A stretch of DNA of 64,000 nucleotides from the NCBI RefSeq assembly GCF_009914755.1, contig NC_060947.1; one strand, given 5' to 3'. The stretch comes from the human T2T-CHM13v2.0 reference genome, Homo sapiens. The notes under the pieces were generated by a model. It was not told where the DNA came from and did no database searches. It saw nothing but the letters and a program-made list of their open reading frames with translations. Within the stretch, counting starts at the first letter, position 1; the number at the start of each line of letters is the position of its first letter. Position numbers and translations under genes: made by a program. This document shows positions 29,033 to 44,744 of this stretch, piece by piece.

Positions 29033-29621
29033 CTTGTATCACTTATTTGTAGTTTCTTCCCTTCTGTTTCCTCTGCTGTTTCTGTAACCCCTATTAGCTG
29101 GATACTGGGCATTTTGGATTTATTCCCTAATTTTCATGGCCCTGATTAGTGTAAATCAGTTATGATAATCCTCTCCTTCTTGCTAGTGATTGGTTTAGGA
29201 ACCTAGGCTTAAGCCAATCAGAAGTGGGCAATCCTAAAATTATATTAATAAGCTGAGGGATGGACAGCGACCAATTGAGACCCCAGTGAGATCGAATGAA
29301 AGATTTTTAGTTTTAGCTTAAAGGAGAGGCTGTATCTCTCCTTCCTATTGGATATGAATAAGCATGCATATGGTGATTACTGCAGATAGCTTTCTTAAAA
29401 CCACAAAATAAACTAGCCCTAGGATGAATAGGATATTTTAGATGGCAGAGAGAAGGCCCAAAGAACCTGTGTTGTTCATGAGATTATCTAGTTGCTGAGT
29501 CAACTAACCTTGCAGCATACACTATGTCTGGATGTTCTGTATGTGAGATAATACATTATATTTTATTGTTTAAGCCAGGTTGTGCAGGATTTTCTGTTAA
29601 CATACAGTCAAAACCACTCTG

Positions 29622-30042
29622 AGGAATCAACCCAAATGCCCATCAATGATAGACTGGATAAAAAAAATGTGGTACATATACATCATAGAACACTACGTAG
29701 CTATAAAAAAAGAACGAGATTATGTCCTTTGCAGGAACATGGATGGAGCTGGAAGCGATTATCCTCAGCAAACTAATGCAGGAAGAGAAAAACCAAAAAC
29801 CGTATGTTCTCACTTATAAGTGGGAGCTGAACAACAAGAAAACATGGACTCAGGGAGGGGAACAACATACACTGGGACTTGTTGGTGGGGATGGGGAGAG
29901 GGCATAGGATAAATAGCTAATGCATGTGGGGCTTAATCTGTGCAGCAAACCACTATGGCACATATTTATTTATGTAACAAACCTGCACGTCCTGCACGTG
30001 TATCCTGGAACTTAAAATTAAATTAAATTAAATTTTAAAAAA
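29622..30042 (+). mobile_element. L1PA/PB 3' end
   Basis: 'aatcaacccaaatgcccatcaatgatagactggataaa...tatgtaacaaacctgcacgtcctgcacgtgtatcctggaacttaaa'. Confidence 0.88.
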
Positions 30043-31079
30043 GCACTCTGATACCAAGACTTACACACTTTCCCTTTAGTTTAATCCTTGTACAAAGAAA
30101 TTAATTAAATTGATACCTCATGAAACCAAGCATGTATCTCCAGGGTTCATGACCTTTTGTCTGGAAAGTTTGAAAAAATAAATGTCTCGCTCTTGAATTC
30201 TTTACCCTATGACTTGAATTAATTCTCTCTGATCAGTAACTTTTTTTGTTTTTGTTTTTGTTTGTTTTCTGAATCAGGGAGGAACTGGAATGCCCATTTT
30301 TACAGAGTGACTATTATGTGCTAGGCATTTTGCCAGAGGCTTTAAAACACAATATCTTATTCTTAACCACTCTGTGCCGATTATATAGGTGAGGAAACTG
30401 ACGATTGAAGAAGTAAAGTAATTTGCTCAAAGTCACTAACTAGGAAGTGGCAGAGTTGGGATTCAAACCAAAGGAGTCTGTGTCAAAGCTGATGGCCTTA
30501 ATCAGGGTACTATATTGTCTCTTTCCCTTTCCTTCACTCATGCCATAGGTGCAAACCTCTATTTGAGTTTCCTTTTTCTCAGGGAATTATCCCACTGACT
30601 ATATCACATTTGAGCTTTGTCTCCTTCAAGCAAACGTCTTAACTGTGCTCTCCTTTCTGCCTTGACATCCAGAATCACTCAGACTCCACAATCTAATGGG
30701 GAAGGAAGAACATCCAACACGTATTTCTGGCCAATTTAGCTTATTCTGCATATAGCAATGGAGTTTACTAATGTTTGAGTATCTCTCCTCTGCAACTTTC
30801 CCAAAATAAAAAAAAGGGATTTGCAAAGTCATACAACTAAAATTTGTTGTTATCACAGGGTGTTTCTTGAGGGGTATATTGGAGTATCTTTCAACCACTC
30901 CTTCTAGTGGCTGTCCACTTGGATTGCTCCCAAAGAGCAATTGTTTTCCTAGGCTCAGAAAAAGCTTTTAACAATGTCTTGTGAAACATATTTTTGGTTA
31001 AGTAAAGGGACTTTCCTACTGTGTGGCTAGAAGACTCCTCCAGTAGTTCTTATAATATGTTCTTCAAAATCGTGCTGAG

Positions 31080-33857
31080 AGCATCAATAGAATAAAGGAT
31101 AAAAACCACACAGTCATCTCAAAAGACCCAGAAAAATTATTTGAAAAAATTCAATACCCTTTTCATGATAAAAACACTCAACAAACTAGGAATAGAACAG
31201 AACTTCCTCACCCTGAAAAAGGACATCTGAAAACCCCACAGCTAATATCATCAATTGCGAAGGACTGATAGATTTCCTAGGATCAGGAACAAGACATTTC
31301 TATTCAACATTGTACTGAAGGTTCTAATTAGGACAATTAGGCAAGAAAATGAAATAAAAGGCACCTAGATTGGAAAAAATAAGCAAAATATCTTTATTTA
31401 CAGGTGGCATGATCTTGTACGTAGAAAATCCTAAGGCGTCCACAAAAAGGTCTATTAGAGCTAACAGTTCAGCAATGCTGTAGCATACAAGATTAATATA
31501 CAAAAATCAACTGTATTTCTATACACTAGCAATAAATCCAAAATCAAATTAAGAAATCAATTTCATTTACAATAGCATCAAAAAGAACAAAATACTTAAA
31601 AACAGGTTTAACAAAAGAAGCGCCAAACATATACTCTGAAAACTACAAAACATTGTCAAAAGTAATTAAAGAAGACCTAAATAAATGGAAAGATATTCCA
31701 TATTCATGGATTGGAAGACTTAATATTGTTAAGAGGACAATAACCCACAAATTAATCTATAGATTCAGTGCAATTCCTATCAAAAATTTCAGCTGGCTTT
31801 TTTTGTAGAAATTGATAAGCTCTTAAGTGATTTTTCAAACTACTAGGAAAAAAACAAAAAAATTTGACAAGCAGATCCTAAAATTCATATGGAAATGCAA
31901 TAGTCAGCATAGCCAAAACAATCTTGAAAGAGAAGAACAAAGTTGGAGGACTCACACTTCCTGATTTCAAAACTTACTACAAAGCTACAATACATAAGAC
32001 AGCATGGTACTGGCATAAGAATAGACATGTAGGTCGGTGGGATAGAATTGACAGTCCAGAGGTAACTCTCATATTTACAGTCAATTGATTTTTGATAACA
32101 GTGTTAACGACCATTAAATGGGAGAAAGAAGAGCCTTTTAAGCAAATGGTGCACAACTGGGTAGACACATGGTGGACAATGGACACACATGTGCAAAAGA
32201 ATAAATTTGGGTCTATACTTCACACCATATACTAAAATTAACCCAAAATGGTTCAATGAGCTAAATGTAAGAGCTAATACAATAAAATTCTTGGAAGAAA
32301 ACATAGATATACATTTTCAAGACCTTGGGCCGGGTGCAGTGATTCATGCCTGTAATCCCAGCACTTTGGGAGGCCAAGGTGGGTGGACTGCTTGAACTCA
32401 CGAATTCAAGACCAGCCTGGGCAACATGGCAAAACCCTGTCTCTACAAAAATACAAAAATTAGCAGAGCGTGGTGGCACATACCTGTATTCCCAGCTACT
32501 CAGGAGCTGAGGTGGGAGGATGGCTTGAACTTGGGAGGCAGAGGTTGTAGTGAGCTGAGATCATGGCACTGCATTCCAGCCTGGGTGACAGAACAAGACT
32601 CAATCTCAGAAAAAAAAAAAAAGTAGAAAGACAGCCCACAGAATGGGAGAAACAGTTTGCAAATCATACATGTGATAAGGGGCTTGTATCTAGAATATGT
32701 AAAGAACTCTGAGAACTCAACAATAAAAAGACAAATAACCCAATTTAAAAATGGGCAAAGGGTCTGAATAGACATTTCTTTAAAAAAGAGATACACATAG
32801 CCAATAAGCATGTAAAAAGATCTTCAACATCATTAACCATCAGGGAAATGCAAATCAAAATCACAATGAGATACTAGTTCACACCCACATGATAAATGTA
32901 ACTAAAAAGTCAGATAATAATAAGTGTCGATGAGAATGTAGAGAAATTGGAACTCTCATATACTGCTGATGGGAATGTAAAGTGATGCAGCCATTTTGAA
33001 AACAGCCTGGCAGTTTCTTGAAATGTTAAACATGGAGGACCATATGACCCAGCAATTCTACTCCTAGTTATATACTCAAGAGAAATGAAAAAAAATATGT
33101 CCACACAAAAATTTTTTATTTCATTTTTATTTTTTATTTTTATTTTTATAACATCAGCTTTTATTTTAGATTTGGGGGTTACATGTACAGGTTTGTTACT
33201 TGGGTGTATTACGTGATGCTGGGGTTTGGGGTATAACTGGTCCTGTCATCCAGGTACTGAACATAGTTTCTAAGAGTTTTTCAACTCTTCTCCCCATTGA
33301 GAAGTCACCAGTGTCTATTTTTGCCATCTTCATGTCTGTGAGTACCAAATGTTTAGCTCCAACTTATAAGTGAGAACATGTGATGTTTGTTTTTCTGCTT
33401 TTGCATTAGTTATATTAGGGTAATGTTCTCTAGCTGCATCCATGTTGCTGCAAAGGACATTATTTCACTTTTTTAAAGGCTGTGTAGTATTCCATGGCCA
33501 CACAAAAACTTGTACATGAATGTTCATAGTACCATTATCCATAATAGCCAAAAAGTGGAAACAGCCCAAATGCCTGTCTACTGATTAATGGATAAATAAA
33601 TGTGGTATATCAATGCAATAGAATATTATTCAGTCATAAAAAGGAATGAAATATTGATACATGCCACAAAATGGATAAACTTTTAAAATATTACCTTAAA
33701 TGAAAGAAAGTAGTCAAAAATGACCACAGATTGTATGATTCCACTTATGTGAAATTTCCAGAGTAGGTAAATCTGTAGACAGAAAGCAGGTTAATAGCTT
33801 CCAGGAGCCAGGGGTGGGGATGGGGGAGAGAGTGACCACTAATGAGTATAAGGCTTC
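31080..33857 (+). mobile_element. Degraded L1M ORF2 to 3'UTR, interrupted by an Alu (32328-32622, +) and an antisense L1PA/PB 3' fragment (33113-33497)
   Basis: L1 ORF2 text ('aaatggaaagatattccatattcatggattggaagacttaatattgttaag', 'gacagcatggtactggcataag'). The nested L1 is flanked by TSD ccacacaaaaa at 33101 and 33498. Confidence 0.88.
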
Positions 33858-34153
33858 CTTTTTTTTTTTTTTTGAGATGGAGTCTCACTCTGTCACTCAG
33901 GCTGGAGTATGCAGTGATGCAATCTTGGCTCAATGCAATCTCTGCCTATCGGGTTCAAGTGATTCACCTGCCTTAGCCTCCCCGGTAGCTGGGACTACAG
34001 GTGCCTGCCACCACACCAGCCTAATTTTTATTTTAGTAGAGAGGGGGTTTCACCATGTTGACGAGGGTGGCCTCAAACTCTTGACCTCAAGTGATCCACC
34101 TGCCTTGGCCTCCCAAAGTGGTGGTATTACAGGTGTGAGCCACCGTGCTGAGG
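33858..34153 (-). mobile_element. Alu
   Basis: Reverse Alu; TSD aggcttcctttt. Confidence 0.92.
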
Positions 34154-34198
34154 CTTCCTTTTAGAGTGGCAAAAATGGCATTTAAATCCATGAGAATG

Positions 34199-34514
<316 letters not shown>

Positions 34515-34529
34515 TTACATTTTTGAGAA

Positions 34530-35180
34530 TGGAAGTGATCACCCAATGAAAGAATGTAGAATGAAAAGAGGAGGGTATAGGGCAAATCACTGAAGAATAC
34601 TAATATTTAAACATAAGGTAAAGGAAGAACAGGTAGCAAAGGAGAGTGAGGAGTGGCTAAGAAGTTAGGAGGAAAACCAAAACATTATGGTGTCAAGAAA
34701 GGCAAAAGGAAAGTGTATTTCAAAATGAAAGGAATGGTCAACAGTGCTGAATGCTGCTGAGAGTGTGAGTAAAATGAGGACAGATAAGTGCCCATTCGAT
34801 TTGGCAACACGTAGGTCATTGGTGACAATAACTGTTTTGCTGAAATGGTAGGGGGTGAAGGTCTGACTGAAATGGATTGAGGATTTAATGGGACAGCAGG
34901 AAGTGGAGACAACATATGTTGACAACTTTATATATGAGAAGTTGGTAATATAGAGGAACAAATACATGAGATAGAAGTTGGAGGTAGATTTATCTTGGTC
35001 AAGGGAGACTGTTTATTTTTTAAGATTAGCAGTACTAGAGCTTGCTTGAACTCTGATGGAAATGATCCAAAGGAGAGGGAGAGATTGCTATTGCAGAAGA
35101 GAAAGAAGATAACTGAAGGAACAGATTCCTTGAGGAGAAAAAGAGGGATGGGATTCAGAGCACAATGGAGGAACTCTTGA
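34530..35180 (-). mobile_element. L2 fragment
   Basis: 'ggtcaacagtgctgaatgctgctgagag...gatttggcaacacgtaggtcattggtgac'. Confidence 0.7.
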
Positions 35181-35535
35181 GCTTTGTGTTTAATGGACTG
35201 TAAGGGACACTTTAAGATCCATTCTCATGGATCTAACTTAAAGTGAAACCAATCAGCTCAGTTGTGTGATATTCTCCTGCACTATTCAGCAGTTTGGGTG
35301 CAGGCTCCAAAAAGACAAATTACAAATTTCATGTAGGGTTGGAGCTTTGCCAGTAGAGTAAAATGGAGAAGTGGGCAAGGGAGTTGAGTGTGTATTTGCA
35401 AAGATGAAACATGGATTCAGAATGGTTAAGTAAACAGACAGTCTACTGAATGGGAGAAAATATTTGCAAACTAGGCATCCAACAAAGGTCTAATAACAAG
35501 AGTCTATTATATAAACCAGTTAAACAATTCAACAT

Positions 35536-35830
35536 GCCCAGAGCAGTGGCTCCCGCCTGTAATCCCAGCACTTTGGGAGGCTGAGACAGGCATTTGAGAG
35601 CCCAGAAGTTTGAGACCAGTCTGAACAACATGGTGAAAACCCGTCTCTACAAGAAATGCAAAAAATTAGCCGGGCGTGGTGGCACGCACCTGTATTCCCA
35701 GTTACTCAGAAGGCTGAGGTGAGAGGATCACTTGAGCCTGGGAGGCTGAAGCTGCAGTGAGCCATGATTATGCCACTGCACTCCAGCCTGGGCGACAGAG
35801 CGAGACCCTGTCTCAAAAAACAAAAAAAAA
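35536..35830 (+). mobile_element. Alu (AluJ-like)
   Basis: Alu consensus inside a short L1 fragment. Confidence 0.9.
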
Positions 35831-36407
35831 TTCAGCAAGCAAAAACCAAGTCACTCCATTTAAAAATGATCAAAGGACATGAACAGACACTCACTCTCAT
35901 CACCAACAGTGAGAAACCTGACTCCCGTTATCCACAACACATCATATACACTTCTATGGGGTATTGTTATGGTGCCCCAGCAGGTCTTGAACTCCTGGGC
36001 TCAAGCTATCCTCCCACCTCTGCCTCCCTAAATGCTGGGATTACAGGCCTGAGCCACTGCACCTGGCTGCAGTCTCTTCTCAGGTGAATTTATCTGCTCT
36101 TGTAATTCCAGTGCGCATGCTCATGACATCCACATCTGTGTCTTTAGTTCTTATCTCTCTTCTGAGCAACTCATTCAAGTATCCATTTGTCTTCTCAACA
36201 ATTCTACTTAGTTGTTCCATAGACTACTCAAATGCGACATGTCCAAAACTGATCTCATTATCCTTCCCCACCCCCATTTCTTTTTAAAATTCTATTTATT
36301 TTATTTTTATTTTTTCTTATCCCAATTTCTTCTGAAAGTCTGCTCCTCTGTCTGCATTCCCTATCCCAGTTAGTGGCACCACCTCCAGTACCCAATCAGA
36401 AAACTGA

Positions 36408-37100
<693 letters not shown>

Positions 37101-38337
37101 ATTTCTTTTAAATATATGTTCTCCTTTTTATCTCTTGCTTAACATAGTGCAATTGTTTCTCAGCAGCTTTCCTGCTTCATTCTCATTCCCTTCAAATCCA
37201 CCCTTCCCACAGCTGAGCAATTTTTTAAAAATAAAAATTATATCGTGCCATTCTCTTATTTAAAACCATTCAAAGATTCTGGATAATGTTCATACTCCTT
37301 GGAATTTCATAATTCTATCCATAGTTACTGGATAATGTCCATACTTTTTGGAATAGCATAAAGAACGTTTGTGATCTATCCTCTGACTACTTCATCTACC
37401 TTTTCTCTTCATTCCACTCCACACTCAACCTATGTTCGTACAATATTGTCAGAAGTTATTACATTCTCTTTGGCCTTTGTGCTGTTGTGCATGCTGTGCT
37501 ATCTTTCTGAAATACCCTTCTTCCCTTGGATAACCGCTACTCTACTTTCAGGACTCATCTTTCCCTGACTACCCTCCTGCTACTTCCGTGGTGTATTATG
37601 ATACCATCCTACACGCACTGTAGCAGCTTGTATTGATATCTCAGTATTTCATCACATTTTATTGCAATTGTCTGTTTACTTATCTTTTCTCTACTAGAAT
37701 GTGGGCTCCTTGAGAATAGGGACCCAATAAATATTGAACAATTAAACTCCAGAGTAATGAGTTTGATTTATGTAAGGCATCCAGGAGAACCAATCAAATT
37801 GCTTTGGAGTCACAAGTTTATATCTTGTTTTATTACATATGCATACATTAAAAATTCTTTGAAATAAAAGATTCATATATTAATTGTCATATTTTTGGTA
37901 TGCTATATTTCCTAATCCTCTGATTCTGTCCATCTGCACTCCATTTTCACTCCTTGAAACTTTTATTTCCTTAGAAAGAAACTTAAAGTCACTTCTAAAC
38001 TATTATCTTCAGCGAACAGGTAAGTATTTATTCATAGTCACACATAACTGAGTTCTTCATCTTCTCCTGAAAATGTGTTAGAAATTAGGGACTCTAAGGG
38101 TTGAACACGACCTTTATTGGTCTCATTTTTTAGTGTTTCCCAACCTGATAGTTCATCAGAAGAAGCCTGTAAATATATAGATTCTCAGGCCCCATCGCAG
38201 AGATAAAATACTATGCAACTTGAGACCAGTATTTCTAAATTTCCCTTGATAAATCCAAATGAACAACGGATTTTTAGAAACCTCCAGCCAGTCCAGCCAT
38301 CCTTCCAGGGCTTACGTACCCTATATAGCAGTACACT

Positions 38338-38785
38338 CAGCCTTCTATAGCCATAGGTTCCACATCAGTGGATTCAACCAACCACAGATCAAAAATATTT
38401 GAGGGCGGGGTATGGTGGCTCATGCCTGTAATCCCAGCACTTTAGGAGGCTGAGGCGGGAGGATAACTTGAGCCCAGGAGTTCAAGACCAGCCTGGGCAA
38501 CATAGTGAGACCCCCCATCTTTATTAAAAAATATATTTGAAAAAAATTGTGTCTGTGCTGAACATGTACAGACTTTTCTTGTCATTATTCCCTAAACAAT
38601 GTAGTGTAACAATGATTTACATAGCATTTACATTGTATTAGTTATTATAAGTAATCTAGAGATGATTCAAAGTATACAGGAGGATGCATGTAGGTTATAT
38701 ACAAATACTGCACCATTTTATATCAAAGACTTGAACATGCACAGATTTTGGTACCTGCAGGAGGTCCTGGAACCAATCCTCCATG
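38338..38785. mobile_element. MER2-like Tigger MITE interrupted by an Alu monomer (38403-38530)
   Basis: 'gtggattcaaccaaccacagatcaaaaatattt' ... 'ataagtaatctagagatgatt...ggtcctggaaccaatcc...caactgta'. Confidence 0.8.
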
Positions 38786-39533
38786 ATACTTGTGGGACAA
38801 CTGTATAGCATATGCAATTCTTCTGAAACTTTAATGTGGAATTTCATTTAGTAGGTCTGAGTAAGGGCCTGATATTCTGCATTTCTGGGAAACTATCCTG
38901 TGATAGGATGCTGGTGGTCCTTGGGTCACATTTTGAATAGTAAAGGCATTAAAAGCACACAACAGTGGAGTCAGAGAAAACTGGGTTTAAATCCTACTGC
39001 CTCCAATTAGATGTTCAACCTTTACTTCATTTGTCTCATCCTCAGTTTCCCCATTTCTTTTGTTGTTTTGTTTTGTAACTTTTTAAAATTTTTTATAGAG
39101 ACAGGGTCTCCATATGTTGCCCAGGCTAGTCTCCAATTCCTGGACTCAAGCAATCCTCTCGCCTCAGCCTCCCAAAATGCTGGGATTATAGGCAGCAGCC
39201 ACCATGCCCAGCTGGTTTCCCCATTTCTAAAAGTGATATAATAGTGCCTCATTGAGCTGTCCTGGAGATTGTTTTAAAGTATACAAATTGGCACACATAT
39301 ATTCTTTTGAAAATTACGGCAATTCAAACAAAGTGGACTCTCTCTTCATCTTAATTATGCAGACTAGTTCGTAAGTAATATCTTTACAATACTGTGTCTT
39401 TTAATACAGGAGTATGCCTGTTTTTATTGAGGCCTTTTTTATGTGCTATGATTAAATTAAATGAGATAATGCTTTAAAAGCACTTAGTATGGTTCCTAGC
39501 ACATCACAGGTGCTCAGTACATGGTAGCAGGTA

Positions 39534-39839
<306 letters not shown>

Positions 39840-40675
39840 TGAATCACTTCCCCTGAAAACAGAGGCATGGATGCAGCCACACTCATCAGAAGATGACCCT
39901 GTAATTGCTGCTCAGGGTCCTGGCAACCCGTGTGTAACAGGTGGCCTATAACATTGGAGTGTGAGTGCAAGCCCACCTGTCCCCTAACCTATCTTCGCTG
40001 GTCTGCCCTTGCACCCACATGCCTCTCGGAGGGAGCTAGGGATGAAGCAGTATATGTAGATGGAAATTTGTGGGCTGAGCGTTATGTCCAATAAGCAGCC
40101 TTCAAAATATGCATGTGCTCCCAGGTGGTCCCCTCATCCTCTACCATCTGCCCATTGTTATGGGACTCCCTGTGCTCCTCCACCTGGAGCCTGAGCCCCC
40201 CAGAGTATGTGGCAATGTGCTGGCAGACACAAAAAGCCACAGTTACAATGTGGCCCATACTCCTGACACATTTGAATTTTTCTCCAAGGTTTTGGAGGAA
40301 AATATCATTGTAATGACGAATTAAATATTTCTATCTAAAAGTATCATGTGAGGAAGGCAAACACTGAATGCCTTTTAAAGAATACATCTGCCTCAATCTG
40401 CCCACCTTGGCCTCCCAAAGCGCTGAGATTACAGATGTAAGCCACAGCGCCTGGCATCCCCTGAATTATTTTAAAGCAAATACTAGACATCCATATAATT
40501 TCCTCCATGAAAACTTCAGTGTATATCTTTAAAAGATGACGCCCCTCCCCCTTTTTTCTCACTCTCCCTCCTTCTCTCTCATTATAACCATTTTACTATT
40601 ATTTTCACCTAAAAATGAACATAAAATCCTTAATGTAATCAAATATCCAATCAGCATTCAAAAATTCCCAATTGT

Positions 40676-40960
40676 CGCCGGGCGCGGTGGCTCACGCCTG
40701 TAATCTCAGCACTTTGGGAGGCCGAGGCGAGTGGATCATGAGGTCAGGAGATGGAGACCATCCTGGCTAACACCGTGAAACCCCATCTCTACTAAAAATA
40801 CAAAAAATTAGCCGGGGGTGGTGGCAGGCGCCTGTAGTCCCAGCTACTAAGAAGCCTGAGGCAAGAGAATGGCTGGAACCCGGGAGGCGGAGCTTGCAGT
40901 GAGCCAGTCGCGCCACTGCACTCCAGTCTGGGCGACAGAGTGAGACTCCGTCTCAAAAAA

Positions 40961-41003
<43 letters not shown>

Positions 41004-41005
41004 AT
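40676..41005 (+). mobile_element. Alu (AluY-like)
   Basis: 'gagaccatcctggctaacac', 'ggagcttgcagtgagcc'; TSD-like aaaattccc.aattgtc on both sides. Confidence 0.94.
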
Positions 41006-41340
41006 ATAAACATAAAATTCCCTAATTGTCATAAACATCTTTTCAAGGTCGTCTTGAAAAATGTTTATGACAATTAGGGATTTTTGAATCAGGATAAAGA
41101 TGGTATCTGTATTATTACTGATCATATTATCATTGCAACCCTTGCCAAAGAAACTTCTAGCCTATACATTGACCTCTAGTGAGACGGAGCTTGCTAGCTC
41201 CCATGGCAGCTCATTTTAATCTTTAGATAGCATGACTATGAGGTTTTCATTCAACATAAAGAAATATTTTTGTCTCCCTATGTCTCCCATCCATTGGGTG
41301 TCACACAGAACAAATCTGCTCCCTCCACTCCAAGACAGCG

Positions 41341-41812
41341 CATATTAGTTTCCTGTGACTGCCATAACAAAGTACTACAAACTTGATGGCTTAAAACAAC
41401 AGAAATTAATTATCTCACAGTTCTGGAGGCTGGGCTGGAAGTCTGAAATCAAGGAAGTCTGAAATCAAGGTGTCGGCAGGACTATGTTCCCTCTGAATGC
41501 TCTAAAGGAGAATCTTTCCTTACCTCTTCCAGTTTGTGGGGGGGCTCCCATTCCTTGACCTGTGGCAGTGTAATTCCAATTTCTGTCTCCATCTTTTCAT
41601 GGCTGTCTTCGCTCTATTTCTGTGTCCCAATTTCCCTCTTCTCATGAAGACACCAGTCATATTGGTATAAAGGACCACCCTATTCCAATATGACCTCATA
41701 TTAACTAGTTATACCTGCAAAGATCCCATTGTTAAATAAGGTCACATTCTGAGGTTCTGGGGGTTAGGACATCAACATATATTGCAGGGGGCACACAATT
41801 CCACTCATAACA
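41341..41812 (-). mobile_element. MLT1 (MaLR) solo LTR
   Basis: 'attagtttcct...gccataacaaagtactacaaact...ggcttaaaacaacagaaatt...aataaggtcacattctgaggt'. Confidence 0.8.
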
Positions 41813-41875
41813 CAGCCCTTCAAATATTTGAAGAAAACCATCAAATACCTCACAGTCTTCCCTTATACTGGCTAA

Positions 41876-42203
<328 letters not shown>

Positions 42204-42758
42204 CCTTCAACCATTTCTGAAGTTTAGCTTTATTTTTTCCAAACCATTGCCATTTATTGAATAATCCAACTTACCTGTTATTCAGGTGTAGTTTGGCCAT
42301 GCAGCATAGATCCACACTATTTCCTCTCTGGATTTGTGTACTCTATTTCTATTACTGCTGCCTAAGTTTGAGTTAGTGTATTTTCTGTATCTCCTCTTCC
42401 TTCCATTCCACTCACCTCAGGCCAAGTTAGGTCTCCCTTTTCTGTTCTTTTGCTGTACCTCTATCATTGCACTTACCACATTATGTAATAATTGCTTGTG
42501 TGAAAAAGAATTAAGGTTGTTATAAGTCAACTAAATGAAGCAGCAATGTATGGTGGTCATAAAATAGCTGACTCATTAAGCATTAATTGAATTCTCTCTA
42601 TGTGCCAGGCACTGTACATAACACTGTGGGTACAACTGTGGATAAGCTGTAGTTCCTGCTCTGAGGAACTCATAGTCTAATGAGGGATACAGGCATGTGA
42701 ACAGGCAAGAAAAATACAGAAGAATAAGTGCTGTGATAAAGGCAAATTTAGAATGTCT

Positions 42759-43062
42759 TGGCTGGGCATGGTGGCTCACGCCTGTAATCCCAGTACTTTG
42801 GGAGTCTGAGGTGGTAGAATTGGTTGAGCCAGGGAGTTCCAGACCAGCCTGGGCAATATAATGAGACCCTGTCTCTACAAATCATAACTTAAAAAATTAG
42901 GTGGGCATGGTGGTGCATGCCTGTAGTTCCACCTACTCAGGAGGCTGAGGTGGGAGGATCTCCTGAGCCCGGGAGTTTGAGGCTGTAGTGAGCTAGATTG
43001 CACCACTGCACTTCAGGCTGGGTGACAGAGTGAGACCCCATCCCCCCAACCCCTCAAAAAAG
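42759..43062 (+). mobile_element. Alu (AluJ-like)
   Basis: Alu consensus. Confidence 0.9.
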
Positions 43063-43330
43063 GATGCCTTGAAAGCATAGAAGATGGACACCTAACCCAG
43101 CCCAGGACAGGGCATGTTAAGGGAAGCCTTCTTGGAGGAGATAGTGCCTGGGCTCAATCTGAGAGGATGATAAGAAGTCAGCCAGGCAAAGTGGGAGTAA
43201 GTGGTAAGGGTTGGGATGAGCCTCAAGGCAGAAGCCACAGCATAAACAAAGGCAGAGAAGTACCTACATGGAGAATTGCAATGTTGCACGCAGTTTGGAA
43301 TTGTGGAAATATTAGCTGGGAGTGAGCTAG

Positions 43331-44069
43331 TATAACCACCCGACAGATTCTTCCTGCCCACTGCACAAACAAAATCAATTCACAGAGCCCATGGCATTAC
43401 AGTGAAGAAAGTTTAATTGATGAGAGGCCAGCTATGCCACCTGGAAGACAGAGTTATTAGTCAAATCAACCTCACCGAAAGCTTAGAGGTTAGGAGTTCT
43501 TAAAAGTAGTTTTGGGGAGGGGGTGGGAGTGGCTAGATTATGGGTGCTTGCTCTTGGTTGGTTGGGGATGCAATCATATGGGGGTGGGAAATGGTCCTCT
43601 TGCACCTTGAGTCACTCCTCTGTGGGGTCACAAGAGCAATTGGGGGATCCAGGTGGAGCCATCCGTGGTCAGATCTGCAAAAAACCTGAAAACATATCTC
43701 AAAAAACCTATTTTAGGTTCTACAATTGTGATGTTATCTGCAGGAGTAATTAGGTAAGTTGTATATCTTGTGACATCTGAAATAATGACTTGTAATTGTG
43801 TATGTCTACACCTTAGCAGAATTCAAGCTCCTCTATCCTCCTAAACTGTTGGTCTCTCATTAACTTTACAAAGGCGGTTGGCTGAGTTTTGGGGAAGTGC
43901 TTTTATCATTTAAACTATAAACTAAATATTTCCCAATGTTAGCTTGGCCCAAGTCCAGAAAAAATTAAGGGCAGCTTGAAGGTCAAAGGCAAGATGGGGA
44001 TTGGCCAGATCAGATCTCCTCCACTACCATAATTTTCACACTGTTATAATTTTTGCAAAGGCAGTTTCA
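43331..44069 (-). mobile_element. ERV1 solo LTR (LTR8-family)
   Basis: Minus strand begins TGAAACTGCCTTTGCAAAAATTATAACAG...GAGATCTGATCTGGCCAA; ~740 bp; imperfect 4-bp TSD ctag/atag. Confidence 0.75.
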
Positions 44070-44744
44070 ATAGTAGCTAGCAAGTTTGAGGAGATTTATA
44101 TGGTCTTGATGTAACTTGGACTCCATCTTGTAGGCAATAAGGTGTTACATGATCACGTTTTCATTTAAAAATTCTGATGGCTGTGTGGAGAATCAGATAG
44201 GGTCAAAACAAGAGGCAGAGAGACTGGCGAAGAGTTGGTCATGGCTAGTAGGTGTGTGGAGTTGAGAAACATTTAAGAAGTAAAAATCCTTTAGTTTGAG
44301 TCAGTGTTTAGATATGGGGTGAGTGAGAGAGGTGAGGGGGCAAACATGACTTTCAGGTTTCTAGTGTGGGGGCGACTGAGTGATGCTATTAATAGAGACT
44401 GGGAATATAAGAAAAGGAATAGATTTGAGGAAGAGATCATGAGTTTGGTTTTGGACATGTTAAACTTGAGGTCCCTGTGTGATTTTTTAGGCTTGGAGTA
44501 AATTTCTGGCCTGGAGCTATAGATTCAGGTGTCATCAGGATGAGGGTAAAAATGGAAGCATCCACATTTTAGGGGCTGATGATGAAGGAGGATCACACAA
44601 AGGACAAAGTAAGAACAGTAAGGTGTTCAGGAAACTAGGAAAGTGTGGTGTCATGGAAATCAATAAAGAAAGCATTAAACATTTAACGGCAATAAATTTA
44701 ACAGCATTACATGACAAAGAAAGTTCTAGTAAGAAAAGGGTTTG

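Noticed and set aside
31080-33100. L1 ORF2 as a coding gene
   Set aside because: Multiple stops, frameshifts and nested insertions; a dead element.
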